A DNA stretch of 64,000 nucleotides from the human T2T-CHM13v2.0 reference genome, Homo sapiens: NCBI RefSeq assembly GCF_009914755.1, contig NC_060926.1. One strand, 5' to 3'. Positions within the stretch are counted from its first letter, which is position 1, and each line of letters begins with the position of its first letter. Shown piece by piece: positions 43,309 to 64,000 of this stretch. The translations under genes were made by a program, and so were the position numbers. The notes beneath the pieces are model-generated. The model had not been told where the DNA came from. It saw only the letters and a program-made list of their open reading frames with translations, and searched no databases.

Positions 43309-46064
43309 CTGCAGGGAGGAAATTGGGACATGTGCCTCAATTTTCTCTCCTGCCTTTCTTTCTCTTTCTTCTTCCCACATCCCCCAGGACCAAATTGTGC
43401 AGGCTTTTCCTTACATCAAATCTCAATTTCATTACTGAAACTAAATGATGAGGACTATTTCATCTACCTTACAGGGAGGACTCCATAATCTGTGTCTTCC
43501 TACTTTATCCCTTGATTTCTCAAATGATAACTAAAGGAATGCAGCAATTCTGCTTTCAAGGAAGCCTGATTTTCTTGCCTCTTGGCATGCCAAAGAAGTC
43601 AAGTGCTGACTCTGTGTTGCTTGAGAACAATAGAATTCATTTAAGCGGAAGGTTGAAATGTAGCCATGATAAAAAAAAAAAAAGAGCTGCTAAGATGCAT
43701 TTATAATAGACTTGTAAAAAATTATTTCAATTACCTATGACTTTATTTTGAAAATCCAATGGCTCTTCCGTTTTGTGCAAACTAATTTTGAAAAATTAAC
43801 CAAGCACATATTATATTGGTATATTAATTTTTTTTACTGTTAATGCATAATCCCATGTGGAACAAGGATTGTAATGAAAAATGTGTCTTTAGCATAGTAT
43901 CTGTTATGTAGTAGGCCTTCATTAAATATTTGTTGAGAGAATTAATTTATGGTAAGTTATACTCCAGTTTATATTGGCAAAGTACTTTAATGATATATGA
44001 AGAGGAAACATTGTAAAAGATAGCGACTGCTTTGATAAAAGTTTTTAGAGATTTTCAAACTTCATCTAATAATCTTTTACTATTGGACATTTTTTCATAG
44101 CTTCTTTATTTTATCTTTTTTTCTCTCCCCATTACTTCTGTTTGGTGGAAGTAACATGCTTTTGGCAGTTAGAATAGAATTTGATGCCTTTTCATTTTCT
44201 TTTCACTTAAGCTATTAAACTTTTCCCTGTTTTTGAGTCGTGTTCTGGGATATCTTTTGCTCTCAGCCTGCTTCAAGTCTGAATGCAAATAACTGTGCAA
44301 ACTGACTGCAAGTGTAATGCAGGTATCTGTATTATATGAGCAAATCTTGCCCATTACTAACAGAGGCTACACAAGAATTATCTGTCCATTACAATCTGCT
44401 GCAGCTTCAAAATATCCCAAAGCAAAAGTAAGGCAAGTTTGTAGAGGCTAAGTTATAAAAATAAAAAATACCACCACCTGTGAGCACTAAAAATGTTCTT
44501 GCTAACACTATGTTTCTCTTATTGGTTCAAACATCTTTCTTTCCAAATTGTATTACTCATTTTAGACTGAGTTTATATGTATTACAAATTCTAAATAACA
44601 AAATTAAATTAGTTTTCCTTGACTCATCAAAATAATTAAACCAGTGTGTGGTTACCTTGGCTCTCTAATTTAAATAAACAAAATAATGAATTAAGTCATT
44701 TATTTATTCCATAAATTGTTATTCAATGCTTAGTATTTGCCAAATGGTCCTCTAGGTAGAAGAGATACAAAAATGAACAAAACAAACAGCAAGCAGTCTC
44801 TGCCCTTATGAAGCATATATTATAGTGGAGACAGGCACACATTAAACAAAACAAGTGTGTTATATGCAATCAAATTATCAAATATTTACTGAATATACTC
44901 ACATCCCAATATTTGCAAAATACAATGATACTTACAAACTAGCATATCCATAGTCTTTTCTATTGAAACTTCAAGTTTCTCTTAAGAGCTAAGTTTGAAA
45001 CTATTAAAGAACTATATAATTTGTAACATTTGTGAAAAATAAATAGCTATATGAAACAATAGCATAATCACCTGAATGTTTAATAATTATAATGATAGTA
45101 AATATTATAATCCCACCTTAATTTATCACAACTACTCACATTATTAGCCCATTTGTGTTAACACAATCTCAATAAGGTTGGTGGGACACATGTGATTATT
45201 CCTGTTTGTAGGAAGACTCTGAGACACAGAGGGGTAAAGCAACTTGCTTGTGTTTCATGATTTGTAATTGAGAGCTTGAACCAAGGTGCTGGACTCATAG
45301 TTAGTATTTAGGGAACATAAAGGAAGAAAATGTGTACCAAGAAGGCTGGCAGTGACACTGCACAGCTGGAAAATAGCAGAATACAAAAAGAGGTCTCAAG
45401 ATCTCTTCCCACATCAAATCGCATTATTCTTCTTAAAGAAATATCATTCCCATTACATAGTCTTCAAGTTTTATGGAGCAGTTTTTCACTCATCCAAAGC
45501 AGAACTATTTTTGGAGGGCAGCTTTCTATTTCTGCAAATCTGATTTCTCTTTGAAACTTACTTTCTACCTCTCTTAGTTTTTATCCTACCTTCAACCTAT
45601 TATGTCTAAAACAAGCTCATTGTCTTTCTTCCAGAATAAGTTATTTTAGGGCATGTTTATAGACGTCATTATTCTCCAATTGTTGAGGCTGAAAACTTTG
45701 TAGCCATCCTAGTCATCTCTCTCTTTTATATTTTCCGTTTGCCAAGAGTAGCTAGTCAGCATCTTTTGTGTTTGCTAGTTGATTTCCATTTCCATTGCTC
45801 CAAGGCTAAAGCAGAATCTCATTACTTCATGTGTGGATACATTTAATAATATTATAGTTAATTTTATCCACCCCTTTAGTTCATCATACAAAGTCAGACA
45901 TCTGGGTTATTATATATAAAATTATTGTCAACCAAAAGTGATAAAGGATAAGGAAAGGCTGTCATTGTATCAATGGCATTTTTACTTGCATTTTATATTT
46001 GATATAAGAACAGGTGTTTCATTTGTCTTGTTCAATACTATATCTCCAAGCCCTGAAACAATGT

Positions 46065-46643
46065 TGTCATGAACAGACTGCAGATTGCTGTCTTACATCA
46101 TGATACTTACACTTGACTGGCCAAGTGATCCCTGACTCATGGTATTTCAATATCCTCCCCTTGATTGTGGATAGGACCTATGACTTGCTTCTAACCAACA
46201 GAAGATGGCCAAGGTGGTGGAATGCTATTTCCATGATTACATTATGGAAGGTTGTTACTTTAATCTTACCAGCAGACTCTGTACTGACTCTCCCATGCTG
46301 GCTGTAGTGAAACAAGCTGCCATATGAAGAGATCCACATGGTAAGAAAACCAACAGCCAGCAAGTTGCCAAGGATTTCACCTGACAGCTTACAAAGAAAG
46401 ATGTGAATCCTGCTCAAAGCCACATGAACTTCCAAGTAGATCCTTCCTCAAGTAGAGCCTTAGATGAGACTCCAGTTCTGGTCAGTGCCTTGAATGCAGA
46501 CTTGGGAGAGACACTGAAGCAGAGGACTGAACTAAGCCGTGCTGGGATTCCTGATCCACAGAAATTGAGAGATAATAAATGTGTGTGGCTTAAAGTTGAT
46601 AAGTCTTTGGTTATTTGTTACTAAGTAATAGATAATACATACA
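46065..46643 (+). mobile_element. MLT1E-type MaLR solo LTR inside an L2 tail
   Basis: gacttgcttctaaccaacagaa...gaagcagaggac...ctgatccacagaaattgagagataataaatgtgtg...aatagataatacataca. Confidence 0.7.
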
Positions 46644-48236
46644 ACTTGCATTTACTTGGAGGTGAATAAATATTTGTCAACTGAATAAGTGAATGGAATA
46701 TTCTCTTTGTAGTTTTACAGGTTAACATTATATATAGTATTTAAAATATGTTCTAAAAAAGAAAAACAACACATAACGCTTAAGCAAGCTAAATTTATTT
46801 TAAGATCCGAATCTTTAAAGACATTTTCTCTAGTGTTGAGTAGTTTTACTGCAAATGAAGTAGCATCAGTTTTTGCTTTGAGTTTTAGTTGGTGTTTGAT
46901 GGCTGAAATCGCTAACGTCATTTAAAGTGTTTAATTAAATGTGTGATCTATACTTTCACACAATGGTTAATTAAGCCTACGTCTGTAGACATAAACCGAT
47001 CACTCCTTTTATTTTCTCAAAGACTTTGAAGTTTCAAAGTCATTTTTTGCCATAATTCTTGAGGAGGATGCTTAATTAAATTTGTATTGTTTTCAGATAT
47101 CTTTACTACCAGCAGCATAGTGTACTACAGTGCTGAACATGCAGAGACAATATACATTATAAATCGAAATGTTGCAAATATACATTAAAGATTAAATTCC
47201 CTAGATATTACCTCACTTGCAAAGACTAATGTCAGAAGAGAAATCTTAATGTTTCATATCTCCTGTAAAATATTGGAAAATCACAGTTCTCTTAGGAAGA
47301 AAAAAGAAGTTTCAATAAGGTTAACATCTACAATATATGATGGCATATGAGGAACACATACTTTTTATTATAAGTATTAAAAGAAAAACATCAGTAGGCA
47401 ATATGCTAACATGGAAATGGTAGTTTTTATGTTTGCATAAGCTATTCCTGAAAATTTTGAAATTGATTAAAATGTTTACTCCTATGATAGTCAATTTCTT
47501 GGTTGCTTCTTTATTTAACCTAACTCATTTTCAGACCATCTCACTCCACCAGAAACCTCATCTTTTCATTTTACCATTATAGTGATTGAGTTTAGAACTG
47601 ATCACATCAAACAGAAAACAATCTTGAGTTAATTAAGTATGCCTTGCTATTTTTTTAAAAAATCAATGGATGAGAGTATATTTAACCATAGACCTTTCTA
47701 AAAAAGTAATTCCCAGTGGAAACCCTAATTTTGAAACATAATTTTTTTAATATATGTATTTCTTATTATACTTTAAGTTCTAGGGTACAAGTGCAGTATG
47801 GTATATTTAACAGAATAAAAATGGACAATTTAAAGCTCTGTGTGGGTAACTACTTTAAAGGAGAACATGTAAAACAAATAAAAATTAGAAATTCAAATTT
47901 CAATGCAAGAAGTTGTTGAAGTTCTTTTTATCCTCTTTGATCAAAAAAGGCAGAGATAATACTTGGGGAGAGCTCCTGGTTAAAAAAAAAATTGGCCTCA
48001 ACTGCGGTGTATTGTAGTGAGTGTGAATCATATTGTCAACAAAGGGAATTACATTTGATACCTAGTGACTAGAATGAATTTCAGGAATTAAAAGGATGCT
48101 TAGAAAGTGGGACAGTTAGAGGAGAGATACAAGAATCTAGGTCATCCCTAGTTCATAGTCTTTGGTATCTTTACTGAGACATTGGGTTAATTCCTAAGTC
48201 AGTCTCTATGTTTATCATTTTAAAATTGTTATTTTA

Positions 48237-50275
<2,039 letters not shown>

Positions 50276-50356
50276 AAAATTGTTATTTTAATATTAAGAA
50301 ATATTTTTAAATGATTTAGAAATTTAGAATAAATAATATTCATTAGAAAGAACATT

Positions 50357-50658
<302 letters not shown>

Positions 50659-51308
50659 GGAAGACCATCTAACATACCTGTATGCCCAGCCCAGTGTTGA
50701 TCTCAACTCTAAGATAAATCGTGGAAACATACGAAGTTCAGTTTGCAGTTTAAGTGATTAGACAGGCTGAGATCTCATGAAAATCCTTGAGAAAACTAGA
50801 CTCGAGGATGTATCAATCTGTAGTAGAATCTTAACATATATAGAAATGCTTCTTCAATGTAATTCCTTTGTACAGTGCTGAAAAAGTTTCCAAATGCTCA
50901 TGATTAAATGAAAGAAATAAAAATGTAATCATTTATTAATTTTTTCACAAGGCCAAATTTATTAAAGGAATAGACTTTATTCTGCAGTTATGTCCATCTT
51001 AAATACTAGATGCTATGTAATCTGTACCAGATGAGATAATTAATATTTCTACACAGCAATATACAAAGTTTGGAATTCTAGTTTTGTTTAAACAAAAAAA
51101 TCTAAAAATCTTGGCACTTTAGCTCTATACTTTACTGGGCATCTCTTAGGAATATCAGCCTTATCCTACTGTTCTGAGATCTCTGAGATTGGTGGGAGTG
51201 GACTTTGACAAGTCTTGGGCATGGAAGAGCAACAATTTTATAAATATAACAAGTTTTAGCATGCTTCTGTGGTTCCCACTGCCCAGACTGATTATTAAGC
51301 AGTTTCTT

Positions 51309-55942
<4,634 letters not shown>

Positions 55943-56518
55943 TAGCTCATGGCTAAAATAATATTCATAGTCTTTTTTTTTTTTAGCAAGTTACATTTAT
56001 TTACTTAGAGTTTGTTCATTCTCAGCTGGTCTACATTTGTTGAAGAGCTCTCAATGTATACTTTCAACTGAAACCTGATACTTCCTTAGAAAACACATCT
56101 ACCCAACCTCATTAAAAGCATACTTACTAGTTTTCAAAGGTGTTATGTTATTATTGCCTTTTATATAAAAAGATAAATCCAGATATAGAATATTGCCTTT
56201 TAGTTGCTTTGTTAGTGGCAGGGATGAGTTGAAATGAACTATGGAATTTGAGAACTAGAAAAGATTTAGATTGCTCAATCAAATTCCTTCATTTGTTTAG
56301 ATAGAAAAACTTCTGGTGGCCCAAATTAATGCAGTAAAAGAATCAGAGTGGTAGAAACACCAATACTAGAGCCCAAATCTCCTGTTACTTAGTCTCTAGC
56401 CTTTTCTATACTCTTATCCAACATTTTCTTGGCTGTGCTTATTACTTTTATTATGACCAATTAAAAAAATACACATTGGAGTACCATCTTACTTTGTTAG
56501 GCAGCCATGGGTACAAAG

Positions 56519-56538
56519 ATATATATATATATATATAC

Positions 56539-56569
<31 letters not shown>

Positions 56570-56580
56570 TATGTATGTGT
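56519..56580. repeat. (AT)n(GT)n compound microsatellite
   Basis: Directly visible alternating purine-pyrimidine tract. Confidence 0.95.
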
Positions 56581-56656
56581 AATGATTCCTCCTCTCAAAC
56601 AGAAACATACTGAGATCCATGCCGGAGAGGCTTCCTGCCTGGGCCCTATTCTTTAC

Positions 56657-57010
56657 ATGGCACTGGTTTGGATTTCCTCCAGCCATTCTCCTCTCCACAG
56701 AAACCTGAACATCACTTTTTGACCATTTGCTTGTTAACTGGTACTCTTGAATTTTCTTCCTCAACTTAGGGCCTGTATGAACTTCTTCACTGAATATGTC
56801 TTCCTGAGGGTAGGGTCCACCTTTGGTATAAAGAACCCCAAACTGCGGGATGGTTAAGAAGTTGTTGATTGTGAATATTGTGGGTGGAGCTTGGCTGAGT
56901 AGGCTGGAGATTCTATATGCATGCATGCTAAGAATTTCACTCTGTGAAACAGTACTGTGGGTGTGAAGAGAATGTAGCAAGCAGGGATCTAGGGGCTGGA
57001 TATCTCTCAT
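56657..57010 (-). other. Candidate exon 1 of the orphan minus-strand ORF
   Basis: Open frame from ATG 57010 (118 codons) to donor CAT|GTAAAG at 56657/56656. Alternative in-frame acceptor ttctttataccaaag| gives 56657-56820. Unique sequence. Confidence 0.35.
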
Positions 57011-57599
57011 GGTACTATTTTCCAGCAGAGTGAGAAATTCAAGAATTATAAACTTGTACCTGAATTAGCTGGGCATTAAAACATATATTCACCAGGGCAA
57101 AAGGGTGGAATAGACTGCACAAAATAGTTTGCCAGTTCAATTTATAAATTTTAAATATTGAGATATATAATATGAGGTGCCATTTGTCCTCTAATATTGA
57201 GCCCACAAGTGTTAGAAGAAGGATATTCTCCTGGAGATTTGCCTTTGGTCATAAAACTTGCACAAATTCAATTTCATCTTCTTGATTGAAGTTGTGTCTA
57301 TGACTTTTATATTATTAGGAGAATTTAAAAGAATAGCCTCTTTCAGTTGAGACAAACTTCACTTTTGAGAAATTGTAGAGTTGTTTGGTGCCTCTGGAAA
57401 TGCCCCAGGCAATTCAGTGGGAATATTCCTCTTCTAAAATGATAAACAGGTCTAAAGGAATTATAATAATAATCTGATTGGAAAAACAACATTAAAATAC
57501 AGGTTTGTCTTAGGAGGTAGGAATATATTCATTCATTCAATAAATATTTGTTGAGTACCTAAAAAAAATACAGGTTATGTTAGTCTTAATCTATATGCC

Positions 57600-60090
<2,491 letters not shown>

Positions 60091-61008
60091 TACTTTCACT
60101 GGTCTTCTTTTTCTTATCTGAGTGGGGAGTTTCTGATAATTCAACTTAATCTGTAAAGCTTGATTTACCAAGGCAAAATTGATCATTTTCTCGCCTTTGT
60201 TACTCCTGATTTCCTAGTCTATACGTTTATCTTGCATTTACCACAATATTTTATAATGATACATATTACTGACTAAACCATGAGCTTTTTGAAGGCTATG
60301 TCTTATGCTTCTTTGAATTGTAAATATTTGAATTGGCTCTGAGACATAATACATAATCAAAAATTTTTAATGGGATGAGTTAATGATATTATTAAAATTT
60401 ATTTTAAATTATTTCAAATTTTATTTTATATTCAGGGTGTACATGTGCAGGTTTGTTCCATGGGTATATTGTGTGATTCTTAGGTTTGGGATATGAATGA
60501 TACTGTCACTGAGATAGTCAACATGGTACCCAAATGTCAGTTTTTTAACTCTTGCTCCTAGCCCTCCCTCATGCTTCTAGTAGTCCCCAGATTCTATTGT
60601 TGCCTTTTTTACATCCATAAGCATCTAGTATTTAGTTCTCAATTATAAGTGAGAATATGTGGTATTTGGCTTTCTGTTCCTGCATTAATTCATTTAGGGT
60701 AATAGCCTCTGCTGCATCCATGTTTCTGCCAAGGGTATCTTTTATTTTATAGTTGAATAGTATTCCATGGTGGATATGTACCATGTTTTCATTACTCAAT
60801 CCACTGTTGATAGGCCCCTAGGTTGATTCCATGTCTTTGCTCTCGTGAATAGAGCTGTGATGAATATACTAGTGCATGTGTCTTTTAAGTAGAGCAATGT
60901 ATTTTCTTTTGAATAGATACCCAGTAATGGGGTTGCTGGGCCGAATGATGGTTCTGTTTTAAGTTTCTTGAGATATCTCCAAACCGTTTTCCACAGTGTT
61001 TGAACTAA

Positions 61009-61385
<377 letters not shown>

Positions 61386-62036
61386 TTGACTTTTTAATAA
61401 TAGCCATTCTGCCGGGTGTGAGATGGTATCTCATTATGGTTTCGATTAGTATTTCTCGGATAATTAATAATGAGTATTTATTCATGTTTTTTGGCCACTT
61501 GTATGTCTTCTTTTGAAAAGTGTGTATTCATGTCCTTGCCCATTTTTAATGAGGTTATTTATTCTGCTCATTGAATTGTTTAAGTTCCTCAGATTTCGGG
61601 ATATTAGGCCTTTGTCATATGCATATTTTACAAATATTTTCTCCCATTCTGCAGGTTATTTATTTACTCTGTAAGGCTGATCTAGTGGTAACAAATTCCG
61701 TTAGTACTTGCTTGTCTGGAAAATATTTTATTTTTCCTTGCTTATGAAGCTTAATTTGGCAGAGTATGAAATTCTTGTAATTTCTTTTTTTTTTTTTTTT
61801 TTTTTTTTAAGAATGTGCTGAAGAAAGGTCTCCAGTCTCTCCTGGCTTCTAAGAATTTTGCTGAAAATTCTGCTGTTAGCCTAATAAGTTTCCCTTTTTA
61901 TGGTATCTGCCCTTTTCTCTCTGCCTGTAAGACTTTTTCTTTAGCATTGATCTTGGACAATCTGGTGACTACATGCTTTGATTTGGTTCATTTTCTATAG
62001 CTTGTCACAGATGTTCCCTGGATTTCTTGTATCTGA

Positions 62037-62490
<454 letters not shown>

Positions 62491-64000
62491 CATTAATTTT
62501 TTAAGATTTTTTTTTCCTTGTCTTTGTCTGAATTAGTTTGAAAGACTAGTCTTTAAGCTCTGACATTCTTTCTGCTGCTTGGTTCAATCTATTGATAAAG
62601 CTTTCAATTATATTTTGAAATTGTTTTTTCAATTCCAGAAGCTCTGATTGATTTATTTTAAGATGTTTATCTCTTCCTTTATTTCCTGGATTGGTTTAGA
62701 AGTTTCTTTTTGTTAATTTTCAACCTTTTTTAAGATCTTCTTGAGCTTCCTTGCAACCCATGCTTTGAATTCTTTGTCTGTCATTTTTGAGCTTCCATTT
62801 TGGTTAGAAGCCATTGCTGGAGAGCTAGTGTGATACTTTGGTGGTACTGCTATTATACATTTTGTATCGTATGTATTATACATATAATACATTCTGATTT
62901 TTCATGGTGGCAGAATTCTTTCACTGGTTTCTTCTCATTTGGAAATGCTGACACTTCCAAATTTTTCTAATTATTTTCATTTGGGTAGGAATTTTTCTCC
63001 CCTATAATATTGTTTATTTATTTTTCTTTCGATTTCCCCCCTTTTCCCCTCCATAGATTGTGTGTCTATAGAGAATGTTAGGTATGGTCTTTTGGCTTTG
63101 CTTCCATATGTAGTCCTCTGCACTTCTTTCGGTAGGTTTTACATGGGTTGTGTGGTTTGATCTACAAGCCAGTAGATGGCACTTATGGGTAAGAACTGGA
63201 TGCAGCCAACGTGGTTGGGTATATACTTGATCCTTATGTATCAGGAGAAGCTCTCTGTTGCCTTGGACAATGGGCTGATCTGTGGAGTGCCCAGTGGTTT
63301 CAGCTCGCTGCTTAGCCCCAGGGGGTTGGAGGCAAGATGGACAGAGCCAGACCAGGCAGGCCCAGCTTCAGGTCTCCTGATAACAGGCACGACATCAGTG
63401 CCATGGGAAAGTCCAGTGGCTGGTGACCAAGCATCCTGAAGTGAGCTTAGGCAGGGAGCTGGGAGACCTGCACAGGCAGGGGGCAGCCTAAACCTAATCC
63501 AGGAGAGCAGTTGCTCAAGATGACTAAAAACATTCCTGGGTGTAGAGTGCAGAGTGCTCTGCTGTAGGAAGTAAGGTGGTTTGACCTTCTGATCCAGGTG
63601 AGCTGGTGCTCTAACTGCATGGAGATCTGCCTAGGCATTGAGTGGAGAAGGCCCCACTGTACCACAGTCTCTGGGCATGGAACAGAAAGGGTCCTGCTGC
63701 ATTGTGATCTCTGTGCAGAAAGGATGAAGCAGTTCAGAATGCCAAGCTGGGTGAGCAGGTGCTCCAAATACCTGGAGATCTGCCTGGATGTGAAATGGAG
63801 AGGGCCCCCTGCACCATGATCTCTGCACAGAAGGTTGGGACAGGTCAGGCTGCTGACTGAGTGCTCTGGATGCCTGGAGATATACCTGAGCATAAAGTGG
63901 AGAGGACATACTGCACCACAATCTATGCCCCGGTAGGGTGGAGCAGCTCAGGTTGCTGATCCAGGAGAGAAGTTGCTCTGAATGCTTGGAGGTTTTCCTA

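Noticed and set aside
47762-47796. 35-bp L1PA 3'-end fragment
   Set aside because: Matches the L1 terminus, but it is too short and lacks a clear TSD, so I cannot interpret it.
63460-64000. Spaced repeats suggesting an array or a new minisatellite, plus the 148-aa ORF 63447-63893
   Set aside because: Degenerate 5'UTR repeats of an old primate L1. No identical repeats with unique spacers and no cas genes.

Overview
Primate, very probably human, AT-rich genomic DNA dominated by interspersed repeats. It reads as intronic or intergenic, and I recognise no known protein-coding gene, RNA gene or CRISPR array. Main elements: a structurally complete but inactivated HERV-L provirus (MLT2A1-type LTRs, Leu PBS, gag-pro-RT-RNaseH-IN-dUTPase, no env; 7910-15018) inserted into an L2 and carrying a very young AluY; a full-length L1PA4-type LINE-1 inserted into the linker of an Alu (22242-28394); two tail-to-tail 5'-inverted L1s (48237-50275, 51309-55864) that together form a large nested palindrome; an old L1PA15/16-type element; several MaLR solo LTRs; two much older ERV-L internal remnants; about 10 Alus; MIR, L2 and MER fragments. 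The main non-repeat signal is a set of minus-strand candidate exons (56657-57010, 43058-43308, 35573-35668) whose splice phases join into one open frame of about 220 codons that I cannot assign to a known gene. Subfamily names come from remembered diagnostic motifs, not from a RepeatMasker run. Nothing here proves a new biological system; the best leads are the spliced orphan ORF, the L1 palindrome inside its putative intron, and the DUX4-motif-bearing LTRs.
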